A DNA stretch of 64,000 nt from Eledone cirrhosa (lineage: Eukaryota), in assembly GCA_964016885.1 (NCBI GenBank), contig OZ024742.1, positions 327,608,001-327,672,000 of the forward strand. The letters are read 5' to 3'. Every line of letters begins with the position of its first letter. Position 1 is the first letter of the stretch. Shown here in pieces: positions 1 to 14,348 of this stretch. The notes below the pieces were generated by a model. That model did not search any database, was not told the origin of the DNA, and worked only from the letters and a program-made list of their open reading frames with translations. The position numbers and the translations under genes are program-made.

Positions 1-299
1 CATCCGAACATACTACACTGCCAATACAGAGGAACAAGGCAACAACACACACACACACACTCAAGCGAGACAACAACACACGCACACACACACACAGTAA
101 CATTTAACAAACAGGCAGAGAATGGACTGACAGCTAGCACCACCCCACTCCCACATTCGGCCGCTGACCTCTGCCCGACCGAACCCATTTCACGCGCACG
201 CGCGCTCTGCTGAATTCCTCAGATATTCAAAACAACAAACAGCAGAGGACACATTTCGCACCTTTCCGACAGACAACCTTTCCCCCACCCCGGAAAAAA

Positions 300-335
300 C
301 CCCAGTTGATGGATGTGAATCCGAAATATATAGGG
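300..335 (+). ncRNA. Degenerate minimal type I hammerhead ribozyme in a Penelope-like pLTR remnant (about 1-588)
   Basis: ccc-CAGTTGA-t-ggat/atcc-GAAA-tata-TA-ggg. Stems I and II pair, stem III is palindromic, the core has 2 mismatches to CTGATGA. ATTAAA follows and the remnant ends at (TA)n. Confidence 0.55.
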
Positions 336-582
336 ACAATTAAATCTCTCCCAAGGTAACTCTCTCTCGTGTTCTTATTTTTATTTTATCCTTTATACTC
401 TTTCCTTCATTCTTCTACACGTCTTATATACACCACGTATCTCAACGTACACCCACTTACAGCTCTCTCTTCACCACCGGATCTTGTTACCCGGAGATTT
501 ACCCATTTGCATTGTCGAGGCTTCCAAACGACTTAAAGATATTTACCTATTATTCCACAATGTTTCAAGCAAACTTCAATAA

Positions 583-710
<128 letters not shown>

Positions 711-948
711 GTATATTGGAAAATGTGTGTAATCCTTGGTACAGTTAGGTATATTAAGACAGGGGGAAGAAAAAATGGCTTCACTTGTGCTTTCAACAAA
801 TTTATTTTTTCCACAAAATCGAAAAAGAATTTTTTTCCGGATTAGAAAAATTTTTTATTAAAAAAAATTATTTTATAAATTAAGTTGTTGGTTGTTGGTT
901 AGGTCTTAGGAGTTCTTGGTTAACGTAGGAGGTATTGTTTCGTTTTTA

Positions 949-981
949 GAACGACCTTTCACGCTGAGGTGCGCTTGTCAA
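949..981 (-). ncRNA. Degenerate hammerhead (U3/A8 core) in the pLTR of the Penelope element
   Basis: Minus strand TTGACAA-gcgc/gcgt-GAAA-ggtcg-TT. Stem I is not paired. Confidence 0.4.
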
Positions 982-1743
982 ACTGATGTGTATGTGATGT
1001 GTTGTTCTATATATAGGGATTTAACATGTCTGTGGTGTGGTGGGTTTTTTTTTCGCCCCCTTTAATAAGTGTATGGGCGTAGGTGGGTCGAAAAGGTGTT
1101 AATAGCAGTAATGAGTTGAGACGGTGAGTAGGGTTGGGTGGGGAGAAATGTAGCAAGTGCGGCCTGCCCCGGTCATTCTCGAAAAATTCCTTTATTCAGG
1201 GGAAAAAGCTTTTAGTATTCCTTTGTGTTGAGAATGGTCACAGGCAAATCGCACCTGCCAAGTTTGTAAATAATTATTTTTTTCTGAAGAATTTTTCTAC
1301 GTCCATCCCAAAATTAGTCCTTTGTTCAACACACACATATGTGCGTATATACGTACATACACACACGGGCATGTGTAGGAATATATAGGCACACCCATGT
1401 ACATATACATCCACATACATACACAAAAACATATAAAGACACATATAAAAAACACATATACACATACGTACACACACGAATATGTACTCATACCTCCACA
1501 TGGGTATATATATTCATATACATACATACATATACATATACACACATAAAGATACATAACTAAATATACATATATATATACATATATGTACACATAAACA
1601 CATACAGACACATACACACATATACATACATATACACATATATATATATATATATATACACATATATATATATATATACATACATACAGATACACATACA
1701 CATACAAGTACATACATACACACATACATATATACACATACAT

Positions 1744-1791
<48 letters not shown>

Positions 1792-1793
<2 letters not shown>

Positions 1794-1993
1794 CGAAGGA
1801 AATGTGGTAAGGAACCAGGTGGACCATAACGCACCAACGTACTCAATACTTGAGGTAGTAGAGTGGGTAATAGGAACCAGTAAGACCCCGACAGCTGAGC
1901 TCAAGCCGTTTCGACGGCTAATTCTAGACACTAATTCAGTTCAGAATTAGCCGTCGAAACGGCTTGAGCTCAGCTGTCGGGGTCTTACTGGTT

Positions 1994-1998
<5 letters not shown>
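1792..1998. mobile_element. Non-coding mini-element family A with fold-back, carrying the 3' half of a hammerhead
   Basis: Inverted arms 1870-1925/1943-1998. GAAA-cggct..agctg-TC is present. The same tail occurs at 15856, 26381, 33916, 39245 and 44147, all in (TA)n. Confidence 0.75.
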
Positions 1999-2043
<45 letters not shown>

Positions 2044-2060
2044 CACACACATACATACAT

Positions 2061-2100
<40 letters not shown>

Positions 2101-2646
2101 ACACACAAGCACATAAAGACACATATATACATACATATATATATATATATATATACATATATATACATACATCTACATACATACATACATACATATACAC
2201 ATACAGAAACATACACATATGTACACACATATATACATATATGCACATACATACACACACACACATATATATAGATACATACATATACATACACACACAT
2301 ATAAACATATATCTATATATATATATATGTATATATATACATATATATATATATACAAACATACACATACATATACATACACATACATATACATATACAT
2401 ATGTATACACACATACACACATATATATATATATATACACACACATACAAACATACACACATCCATACATATATATACACACACACATACACACACCCAC
2501 ATACATATATACCCACACGTACATACATCCATACATACCTACACACATATATGTGTGTGTCTCAACGTTCACTCAGATATTCATGTGTACACATAAGAAG
2601 AGGGGGGGGGGGGTAGTGAAATGGAATTTTACCTCCGAGTATTAAT

Positions 2647-5600
2647 TCATTTTTTCGTGTTCAGTAGTGGTTTAAATTTTTCAATGAAGAATTCTTCTTT
2701 ATATCTGCGGAAATGTTCGTTATCCGACCATATCTTGAAGAAAGGGAAGATTGTGAATTTTCCCTTCCCGCATGATGCAAAGTGTGCGCTACATGTGGTA
2801 TTTCTGACTGTGGGTCTTTAATTTGTTGTTTATGTACCCGGATTCTATCATGTAATCCCGTTCCAGTTTCCCCAATGTAATACTCTTTACACTGTGGACA
2901 TTTTGCGCAATATATTAGGTTTTTCGTTTTGCAGTTCATGTTTGCATTGACCTTGAAATTATCATGGTTTTTGAAGGACAACTGTTTTCCCTTTTCGATG
3001 AGTTCACAGGTTCCACATCTAGGGTCCCCGCATTTCGTCACTTGCATTGATTCCATGTTGGTCGTAAATTTTGCCTTGGTAATTAGTTTTTTAAGGTTGG
3101 GTGCTTGGCGTCTGCTATAAATTATTTGTGTTTTTTAAGAGTTCATTCATTTTAGTAGATTGCTGTAGAATCGGGAGATACTGCTTAGCAGTTTTCACAA
3201 TGTTGATGTTCCCTGGGTTGTGAGTGATGACAAAAGAGATAGCAGGGTTTTCTTTTTTATGTCGTGGGTTTGGTTTTCTCAGTGTTGTTATTGGGATGTT
3301 CTTAGCCTTGGAGATGGCTGCGTTGATGAGTTTCATCGGGTATTCTTGTTTTTTAAGGAATTTTTTCAGGTCACATAATCTTTTTCTTGTAGTACGGGGT
3401 GTGTTGCTATAGTGCAGATGCGCCTTGCCATGTTGAAGGGAATGTTCCTTTTCGTATGTGAGGGGTGTGCTGACCGGAAATTTAAGTATTGGTGTGTGTC
3501 AGTGGGTTTGCAAAATAGGTCCGTTATGATATTTTCCCCTTCTTTAATGATGAGGATATCTAGAAAGGGCAGTTCCTTTTCGTTACATTCCATAGTGAAT
3601 TGTATAGCTTCATGAAGCCTGTTTAAGATTGAATAACATTTTTGTAGGTCTGTTTGGCTTCTGTTTCAGAAGATGAAGCAGTCATCTAGGTAACGTTTCC
3701 AGTTTTTATTAATGTAGAAGGCGAAGTCGTGACTGAATGTTATCTGTAGTTGGGAATATAATTTTGCCTCTAAGTGACCCATAACGAGCGTTGCATATGT
3801 AGGGGCCACTTTGGTACCCATGGCTGTTCCTTTTATTTGTAGATAAACTTCGTTGTCAAAGAGGAAGTGGTTGTTTTCCAATACTAATTTAAGTCCTTCC
3901 AAGATGAATTCTTTGGGGAATCTTTCTGAAATGTGACTTGAGTGTTTTGTAATCCAGAAGTCCACAGCTTCAATCCCTAGGTCGTGTGGGATGTTAGTGT
4001 ACAGGCTTATTACATCAAAACTGACTAGGATTGTATCCTGGTGTACTTTTTTGTGGATATAGTTAAGGAATTCCATATCATCTCTGATGTAGCTTGGAAC
4101 TTTTTTTACATAGGGGTTTGAGTATGATGTCTAATAGGTTGCTTAGATGTTGTGTGCTTGAGGCTGGACCAGCAATAATGGGGCGTAATTTTAAGTCTGT
4201 CGGTTTTGGTGCTTCGATGTATGATGTATTTTTCCCTTTTATATTGTTTTGGATTTCTAAGGATTTGTGAATTTTTGGTAATCCATAGAAATTGCTGGTT
4301 TTCATTTCGAAGTTGGTTAGGTAATCTACTTCTTTTGGTGTTAGGTTGTTTTGGTACTTTGTTGTTAGTTTGCCTATTTGGTTCCTCGATTTCCTTTCTT
4401 CGTTTTTAGTAATTTTCCTGTAGAAGTTTTCGTCATTCAAGTGTGCTAGAACCATATATTTGTAGTGGTTTGTGTCCATGATGACGATTGCTCCACCTTT
4501 GTCCGCTTCTTTTATTATTATTGAGGAATCCCTTTGTAGCTTGTTCAATGCTAGTAGTTGGTCTGTAGGGATGTTGCGTTTGTGTTTCGTCTCGGCCGTA
4601 TTTGTACGTGTTGATCGGCGAAGGCAGGTTATGTATTCCTCCAGGTATTTATCTCTATTTAGCGGGGGTGTGAAGTTCTTTTTGTTTTTCACCAGTGATT
4701 CTTCCTCGTATTGTACACCCTGGCAGAATTCTCCTAAGCGTAATTTTCGACAGTATTCTTCTGTGTCTTTTATAACATCGGCTGTATCTGCTTTCGGAGT
4801 GGGAGTGAACTTCAGTCCATTTTCTAACAGTTGTATTTCTGGTTGTGTTAATTTCTTGGCTGATATATTGATTATTTTTGGTTCGATTGGTTCTTTCTCG
4901 GCAGGTGCCACTTGAAAGGTGGTGCTTTTTTCTTTTTTTCTTTCATTTGGTGCGAGGCCCCTAGTCCTAAAAATGGGTGCCATTTGGGATAGGAGTGTTT
5001 CTGTTGTGGTGAAACCTTTGGCCCACCGGAACTTCATGCCGGTAACTGGTTGGGCGATAGACTCTTGCGTGGTCGTTGCTGTATGGGGGTCTGGTTCTTC
5101 TGTTGTTTCGTTCAGTATTCATGTGTCTTTGATTTTGTCTCCGGTAATTGTTCTTGGTGTTATGGCAGTGGTTGTATCTGGTTCTGGTATTGAGTATTGG
5201 GCCTGTATGTAGTTGTGTGTTTTGGATTACCCAATATCTGGTTGTTGTTGGTTTATTGTGTGTGGGTGCTTCATTTCTTGTGTTGTTGTATTTTCCTGAG
5301 TTCTGGGGTTTCCTATGGGTTTGTTTTCTGGGTTTTATTTGGTCTTTCCCATAGTTATCTTCATATTCTTGAAGCCATTGAGTTCTTGACTCCAAGATTT
5401 TCTTTGATTTTAACTCCTCTCTAGTTGTATCTGTCTGCCATAGGTTAAGGAGTTTTTCACGTACATTGCCGCTGCTTCTTTTGTTTATTTCCTCTTGGAT
5501 GGTGGTGTCGCATTTTTCAAATTTCTCTTTGAATTTTGGCACTCTTAGGCGGAGTAGGGTGATTTCGGTCTCAAGTGTTTGGAGTGCTAGATTTAGTCTT

Positions 5601-6085
5601 GTTGCAGTTTATTCCTTTGATTCCGATGGTATTTCTTTAATTCGGAATTTTCTCGGGAGGATAACTGGTTCCTTGCTACGCCATATTTCGTATGTGTCTG
5701 CTAGGTTTTCACCCCTCAAGGCTTTCCAGTATGCCTGTTTCCTTTGATTTAATAGTTGGTTCCAAATGTTTTTCATTTGGTTTCTTTTTCTGTAGGCTTC
5801 TTTTTCTAGATTCAGTTCATTCCATTCTTTGAATGCATTATTGGTGATGGAGTTCTGTTCATGTGTAGCTATTTCAGGAGAAAAGGTTTGCTCTTGTTTT
5901 TGTCGGTCTGTAATTAGTGAATCAAGTTTTTCCTTATAGCTGCGTGTTTGTTGTTCCATTTCTTGTACGGCATTCGTAAGGGAATCATATTTATCTATTA
6001 TTATGGTGAGTTTTTCTGATATTTCCTGTAGTAGTGTATCCGATTTGAGGGATTCAGTAGAGGATTTTGAACGTGTGTTAGCCAT
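2647..6085 (-). pseudogene. Frameshifted Penelope-like RT + GIY-YIG endonuclease ORF
   Basis: GLKFTPTP, ADKGGAIVIMD, FYGLPKIHK, LRPII, SFDVISLYTNIP, QIKGTAMG, RYLDDCF, LPFLD, KPTDTHQYL, CGDPRCGTC linker, NLIYCAKCPQC..YIGETG, across at least 7 ORF pieces. Confidence 0.93.
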
Positions 6086-6316
6086 TCTGTCTTGTACAAG
6101 GGGATAGAATATTGGAAAATGTGTGTAATCCATGGTACAGTTAGGTATATTAAGACAGGGGGAAGAAAAAATGGCTTCAATTGTGCTTTCAACAAATTTA
6201 TTTTCTTCACAAAATCCAAAAATAATTTTTTTCCGGATTAGAAAAAATTTTTTCTTAAAAAAAAATATTTTATATATATGTATGTATGTATATATATAAA
6301 TATGCATATATATATA

Positions 6317-6380
<64 letters not shown>

Positions 6381-6692
6381 TGTATATATAGATAGATGTA
6401 TGCACGTAAGTATATATATATGTATGCATATATATATATAGATATATGCATACATATAATATATACTTACGTGCTTACATACATACACGCATGTATATAT
6501 ACATGCATGTTTGCATATATGCATGTGTATATACATGCAATACAAGTATGTGTGTGTAAATGGTCCGTCAGTTCACCAACTGAATTGTTTGCTCATTAAA
6601 TAAACGTGCAAGAGGTTAAGCATCCCACAGGGAGCACTGCGGGGGGGGGGGGGTAGAGATGATATAATCATATATTAAATATCGAATATACA

Positions 6693-6876
6693 GTGGATTG
6701 GTAGTATCGGTAGAGAGTCGGACGCCAGGCTTTGCAGCAAAAAGTTACGGCCCTTGCCATTCTGAGTTCAAATCCCGCCGAGGTTAACTTTGCCTTTCAT
6801 CCTTACGGGGTCGATAAAATAAAGGACCAGTAATACACTGGGTAATTGCTGGTCTTGTGCCAAAAGTAGAAACAAC
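6693..6876 (+). mobile_element. tRNA-derived SINE (family S1)
   Basis: A-box-like tggtagtatcgg, B box gagttcaaatccc, shared body ttcatccttacggggtcgataaaataaag. About 13 copies in the window. Confidence 0.85.
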
Positions 6877-7182
6877 TATATATAAATATAGTAAAATAAA
6901 AAATATCTAATATTTATTTATACATAGTATATATTATATTATTTATTATATATAAATTAACGATTTTATTTATTATATATTATTTACAATTTGCGTGTAG
7001 ACAGGTCTCTCTGGAAATAAGGTTGGTGTGTGTGTGTGTGTGGGGGGGGGGGGATGAGGGTATTACGTATGCATACATACATACATGCATACATATATAC
7101 AAGACTCAATACTTAGCCATAAATACACACACACACACATATATATATTTTATATACATACACACACACACACACACACACA

Positions 7183-7256
<74 letters not shown>

Positions 7257-7273
7257 TATATATAGAGAGAGAG

Positions 7274-7447
7274 ACAATAGTTAATTCACCATTTCCGAGA
7301 ATAATTTGTTTCACCTTAGGCGGATCACCAGCTAAGGTGAAACAAATTGTTCTCAGAAATGGTGAATTAACTGTTGTGGAACTTCTACCAAACTCGTACC
7401 ATGGACTGAATGCTCTACTACTGCGGATATAACCCACCAGTGTTCTA

Positions 7448-7450
<3 letters not shown>
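7274..7450. mobile_element. Fold-back mini-element with hammerhead 3' half
   Basis: Arms 7274-7319/7332-7377 with GAAA-caaattg-TT on both strands. gctctac lies downstream and the element ends in (TA)n. Confidence 0.6.
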
Positions 7451-7482
<32 letters not shown>

Positions 7483-8061
7483 CTCTACTTTTCCCTTCAT
7501 AGCTCTGTATACACACACATACACTCCCTTATATTAAAATACTTTTGCTCACAGTTTCGTACTTACACACACTCTTTTACTTACACATATCTTACATATA
7601 TCATATACACACACATATCTTCTTAGCTTCGTACAACGTAAAACACACACACACACACACACACATACGCGCGCGCACATGTTTTTTTCATTCCATTTTT
7701 TTCCATCATCCACTTTTCTAAGAAAGTATATAATACACAAAAGTATATCATACACAAAACGCCAGAATAAACAATTTTCCAAGAGGTGGCAGTATGAATG
7801 GATCTGTTATTTTTCTCAAAACATTTTTCCCCAACAGCCGCTTGGGTCACATATGTGTTGTCTGAGGGTCGCACGCAACAACTAATTGTGCAAATTACAA
7901 CTAATTAAAGTCATTTACTTAAATTTATTGCGGAAAAATGTGTTACTTAAATTTAGAAACGTACAATATGCATACAAATGTTTTAGCAGCATTCATGAAT
8001 ACAAAGTAATGAAGTGGTTTGACAAAATATTTAAATTTTATATGGCAACATGGATTCAGTT

Positions 8062-8551
8062 TAAAATATAGTCTAGATAGATGAAAAACAAAACGAAGAT
8101 ATAGTATTTATGGAACACCCAAATGATATGGAAGTCGACCTTAAGTAGGAGCAATAATATTAAGAAAGTCATGAACGACAAGGTGTGTCATTTTGTATTG
8201 AAAATTTTGAAAGTAGGTTTATAAGCATGAATTTTCAGTGTATTTTAGCAGCTGTCTCAATGGCCTAGCGGTAGGTACTAGAGAGGGTGGAGATCCTGGC
8301 CTTGGGTTCAATCCTGGTCAAGAGGTACGTGTAATCTTTTTCAGTTTTTATTTTATATCCCATTGAAAAAAAACTGAAGAAGCTTACCGGGAAACCTACT
8401 CCCTACCAGAATCGAACTTCAGACCAGGATCACCACTGTCTATGATTCCTCCAACTAGACCACCGAGACAGCTGCAAAAGTATGATGAATTATAAACCTA
8501 CTTTCAAAATCAAAATTAAAAAGATGTGATGTCATATTTAGGGTCGACTTG
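8062..8551. mobile_element. Palindromic MITE-like element containing two convergent tRNA-like units (copy 1)
   Basis: aagtcgacc/ggtcgactt and ttttgaaagtaggtttataa/ttataaacctactttcaaaa inverted repeats. A/B-box units at 8248-8322(+) and 8404-8475(-). Confidence 0.65.
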
Positions 8552-8554
8552 TAT

Positions 8555-8606
<52 letters not shown>

Positions 8607-8790
8607 AATTAAAAAAAAACCAAAGAACATGTTCCTTATATTAAAAAATTCATCATTTTACGATCGTTTGACTGTTTTCCTATGATTTTCATCGAACATT
8701 TTTGAATCCATCTTCTCTTTTCATGATATTTGGATTACATTGAGTTCTTCATACGGATTGGACACTACCGTATATTTTGGTAGATTTATC

Positions 8791-8874
<84 letters not shown>

Positions 8875-8929
8875 TATATAGTAAAATAAAACAAGGAGCG
8901 TGGTTACTCCTTCATTACGTTTATTGGTT

Positions 8930-9013
8930 GGTGACGAGCATTTCGCACTGATCAGCTCAAGGTTCGATCTGTATCGATCTAGCCCGACTCTGTAATCCAC
9001 GGCTCGTCAGACC
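8930..9013 (-). ncRNA. Type I hammerhead ribozyme with long stem II insert
   Basis: ggt-CTGACGA-gc..(about 55 nt)..gc-GAAA-tgctcg-TC-acc, then AATAAA. Homologue at 39398. Confidence 0.75.
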
Positions 9014-9059
9014 CCTTATGGATATATATATATATATATATTATTTTTGTTATTTACAG

Positions 9060-9250
9060 TAATACCTCTTGGTACCACTGAAGAAAACGATACTGTCTTG
9101 AGCCGTCGAAACTGTTCAGCTTTCCACTCGCAAGGTGAAGAAGGTAAAATCCCGCGCCACAAACTGTATGTAGAACATATATGTATTTTTGAGAAAGTTT
9201 AGCGGTGTCTTCCCACTCCCCATGCCGAATTCTTTCCCCTATTACTTTCT
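9060..9250 (+). repeat. Interspersed repeat with CTGAAGA..GAAA (possible decayed hammerhead); second copy at 11592-11780
   Basis: About 190 bp near-identical pair, both next to (TA)n. Stems are not convincingly paired. Confidence 0.55.
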
Positions 9251-9483
9251 TAATAATACAAATTTTTAATAAAATTATGATGATAATTATACAAAAGTAT
9301 AATGAAAATTAATAATTATAAACCTACTTTCAAAATCAAAGTTAAAAAGATTGGGTATCATTCATGGGTTTCCTCGAGCTATTAGTTATATTTAAGGTCG
9401 ACTTGTTAATCTTCTGGTTCTTTGGTGACAACCCTATTATTCCTATGTATTGAATTAATTTAGTTTAATTATTTTAACAAACA

Positions 9484-9560
<77 letters not shown>

Positions 9561-9561
9561 A

Positions 9562-9632
<71 letters not shown>

Positions 9633-9808
9633 CGTGGTGTGTGTGTGTGTGTGTAATGCCAATCATTGTATGGTTTAATCTAACCTACTTGCAAAAACGT
9701 ATATATATGAATAAGGTAAGGCCAAATAATAGTAGATTCAAATATCGCAGAGAGGGAGGTGGTGGTGGAGAAATGATGTGCGACAGAAATGAAACATCGA
9801 TTACAGGT

Positions 9809-10332
9809 TAAAATATAGTCTAGATAGATGAGAAATAAAACGAGGCTGTAGTTTTTTATGGAACACCCAAATGATATGGAAGTCGACCTTAAGTACGAGC
9901 AATAACATTAAGAAAGACATGAACAACAAGGTGTCATTTTGTATTGAAAATTTTGAAATAAGTTTATAAGTATGAATTTTCATTATATCTTAGCATCTGT
10001 CTCAGTGGCCTAATGGTAGGTACTAGAGGTGGTGGAGATCTTGGGCATGGGTTCAATCCTGGTCAAGAAGTACGTGAAATCTTTTTCAGTTTTTATTTTA
10101 CAAAAAAAAGAAAAAAACTGGAAAAATTTACTGGGAAACCTACTCCCTTTCAGAATCGAACTTCAGACCAGAATTACTAACGTCTATGGTTCCTCCAACT
10201 AGGCCGCCGAGACGGATACAAAAGTATGCTGAAAATTAATAATTATAAATCTACTTTCAAAATCAAAGTTAAAAAGATGTGGTGTGGTTGGTAGCATTCA
10301 TAGAGCTATTAGTAATATTTAGGGTCGACTTG
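9809..10332. mobile_element. Palindromic MITE-like element with convergent tRNA-like units (copy 2); partial third copy at 9303-9404
   Basis: Collinear with 8062-8551. Confidence 0.65.
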
Positions 10333-10359
10333 TATATATATATATAGTAATAATAATAA

Positions 10360-10553
10360 ATTTGAAGACTAAAATCCAAAGAGGGCTCGATAAGGATAAA
10401 TATATATCAAATATATAAGAACCGTAGAGCAAATATTTATTAAAATAACAGATTAAAGTTTAAGCAAAGAATCGCTGTTTTCACCCTTAACGGGATCTTC
10501 TGAAACTAACAAAGCAGCGATTCTTTGCTTAAACTTTAATCTGTTATTTTAAT
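10360..10553 (-). mobile_element. Fold-back mini-element with mutated hammerhead core
   Basis: Arms 10439-10477/10515-10553. Minus strand CAGAAGA-t-ccc/ggg-t-GAAA, then AATAAA and GCTC..GAGC. Confidence 0.6.
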
Positions 10554-10728
10554 ATATATATATATATAATATAAGCAAGATGTATGGTAGGTCGTACGTG
10601 AATCGCGATGATCACGCCTGACCTACCAAATATGCGACGGTAGCTAGTTAAGCTCTATGCGTATAAGCAGAGCAGAAATATTAATGAAAAAGAACAAAGG
10701 AACTATTATGACATTATAACAAGTTTAT

Positions 10729-10775
10729 TGCCGACAGCCGTTTCGACCGACCACATGGTGGGACTTTTCAAGGCA
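10729..10775 (-). ncRNA. Type I hammerhead ribozyme, U3/A8 variant
   Basis: tgcc-TTGAAAA-gtcc..ggtc-GAAA-cggctg-TC-ggca, overlapping AATAAA. Confidence 0.75.
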
Positions 10776-11352
10776 TATAACAGGTGATTGTAATTTCATT
10801 ATTTACATCAACGTTTCACTCAAGATTAGCAGTTTGAAATCGCGGCTACATCAACAGCTCCGTTTGTATATTTGGGGTCTATATTCTAAGGGGGCTCTTT
10901 TATATTAGTTGTAGGAGTTGTAAAAGGGATGGGTTATAGGGAGTTAAGAGAATTTGAAAAGGGCCTAAGAGTTAGGGATTGAAGGTTAAAAATTAAAGAA
11001 TTTATAACTTACGCATTAAAAGTAAAAGACTTGGGATCTCGTAAAAGCACCTTAAAAAATCCCTCAATAAGCGCATAAAGCTTATAAGCCCCAATGAACC
11101 TAACAAACCAGAAGACTTTAAGAGAATAAAAAAATATAAAAATAAAATAAAAAAATAAAAAAATAAAAATATAAAGTTTCCTAAAAAATTCCTTCAAAAG
11201 AAAAAAAAATTTTTCTAAGGGATCTCGTTAAAAAATTTCAGAAAAGTTACGAAGATTTTGATAATCCTTACTAAAGTTCTAAACTCAGAAATTAAAAATT
11301 AAAAATTAAAAATTAGGGAAAAGAACTTTCAATAAGATTTAGCAGGTTAATA

Positions 11353-11388
<36 letters not shown>

Positions 11389-11423
11389 AGTACATTGTAC
11401 CTGTTGAAGTATCCATCCACTTC

Positions 11424-11522
<99 letters not shown>

Positions 11523-12077
11523 AGTTTTTTTATATATACATATATATTTATAGTCTTTTTTATATATATATGTATAGTCTTTTTTTTATATTAATACTTC
11601 TTGGTTCCACTGAAGAAAACGATACTGTCTTGAACTATCGAAATTATTGAGCTTTCCACTCGCCAGCTGAGGAAGGAAAAATCCCGCACCGCAAGCAGTA
11701 TGTAGAACATATACGTATTTTTGAGAAAGTTTAGCGGTGTCTTCCCACTCCAATGCCGATTCCTTTCCCCTATTACTTAATAATTGTTTCTACTTTTTGG
11801 CACAAGGCCAGCAATTATACCAATGCATTACTGGTGCTTTATTTTATGAACCCCGTAAGGATGAAAGGCAAAGTTAACCTCGGTGGGAACAAATTTTTAA
11901 TAAAAACTGTGCAGCAATACATTTTCGAAGGTGTAAATTATGATTATGCAGACGAAACTTAAAATTATTTTATTTTATTTTTGTTGGAATTTAAAGACGA
12001 CGTTTTAATCTTGTATAAAATTTGACATTTTGATTGATATTATTCGTTATCAAGAAATTATATATCTGAAGAAAAAG

Positions 12078-12860
<783 letters not shown>

Positions 12861-13027
12861 AACAATAGCAACAACATTATAGATATTGGTGTTAGCGATG
12901 ACAACAATATTATAGTTCTTAGAATTCAGCTATGACAACAAAATTATAGTTCTTTGAACAACAACAACAATAACAACAAAATTATAGTTCTCGGTGCCAG
13001 AGAGAACAACAAGAACAGCAAGAACAA

Positions 13028-13065
<38 letters not shown>

Positions 13066-13348
13066 GTAACAATATTATAGTTGTTAGTTGCCAGGAGGAC
13101 AACAGCAACAACAACAACAATTTAGTGCCAGAGATAACAATAGCAACGACGTTAGTGGCAGCAGCAGAAGCAGTAACTGGTTATACAAGCTGGTAAAAGA
13201 ATTACTGACGAACCTCCATATATGGTAGGGTAGTGATGAATGAGGTGGAAATGTGTAGAATGATTTGGGACTGGACATTTCTATTGTCCTCTAGTTTACC
13301 TGTCCCTGGACAATACAAATAGTGGGTGTACATACGCATACATACACT

Positions 13349-13385
<37 letters not shown>

Positions 13386-13527
13386 TTAGGTTAATAGGAG
13401 TTAGGTATTGTATACCCGTGTCCCATTAAGGTATTGGCAGCATAATAATTAGCTCTATGCTTTGGAGCAGAGCCGTATATATGATAAAGAACACAAGAGC
13501 GTCTACAACATCAAAAGATTTTTATTG

Positions 13528-13572
13528 GCTTACAATGTTTCTTCCTTACGTAACCGTAGGATTCGTCAGAGC
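13528..13572 (-). ncRNA. Type I hammerhead ribozyme
   Basis: gct-CTGACGA-a-tcct-acg/cgt-a-agga-a-GAAA-cattg-TA-agc, then AATAAA. Confidence 0.85.
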
Positions 13573-13890
13573 TATAAAAGGGGTTTGATTGGTGTTATGG
13601 ACTCTACCAACCAAACATTCAAGAACTAATCACATTTGATCATATTTCTCTATCCCGTTTTCTCCCCCCATAATTATAATATTTTTATTTGAAAAAATCG
13701 TTTTTTTTACATTGTGTTTTCCCCTTCAATACTTCTTTATATATTCTCTATATATTTTTTTAATATATATATATTTTTTATCTTTATTCTTATTTTCACT
13801 TTTGTCCTCCTTTATATTTTACCTTATTCTTACTTTTATACCTTATTATAGTGTAATCTTCCCCATGCCTTATTATACATTATTAATTAT

Positions 13891-14052
13891 AGGGTCGGAC
13901 GCAATGCTTTCCAGCATAGTTACGTCCCTTTACGATCTGAGTTCAAATCCCGCCGAGGTTGACTTTGCCTTTCATCCTTACGGGGTCGATAAAATAAAGT
14001 ACCAGTAATGTACTGGATAATTGCTGGCCTTGTTCCTAAAGTAGAAACAATT
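13891..14052 (+). mobile_element. SINE S1 inserted between the arms of a fold-back element
   Basis: Same body as the 6693 copy, with (ATT)n tail. Confidence 0.85.
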
Positions 14053-14348
14053 ATTATTACTCTTTTTCCATTTCTAATTACCTCATGTACTTTCTCCTCC
14101 GTTATATATATATTGTATGCCCTTTGTGTGTGTGTAGCCTCTGCACACCCTCTGCACCCTACTATCGACGCCACCCCATCTATGGTTCAGCTAACCACTC
14201 GACTCCCGGGAATGAATATGACCGCAGCTAGTAAACAAGGACCCACACCCCACCCTCCCGCACCAACTTTTGCTCTTTACTCTCTTTACTCTTTGTTCTT
14301 GAATGTTTGGTTGGTAGAGTCCATAACACCAATCAAATCCCTTTTATA

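Larger units (their letters stand above)
711..6270 (-). mobile_element. Penelope-like retroelement (Neptune-like), with downstream pLTR separated by microsatellite and a nested insertion
   Basis: About 160 bp direct repeat 711-870 vs 6107-6265 flanks RT and GIY-YIG reading frames. Both ends lie in (TA)n-rich tracts. Confidence 0.85.

Noticed and set aside
10990-11350. A-rich segment upstream of the U3/A8 hammerhead as a GIY-YIG tail
   Set aside because: The position fits, but the sequence is too degenerate to read diagnostic motifs.
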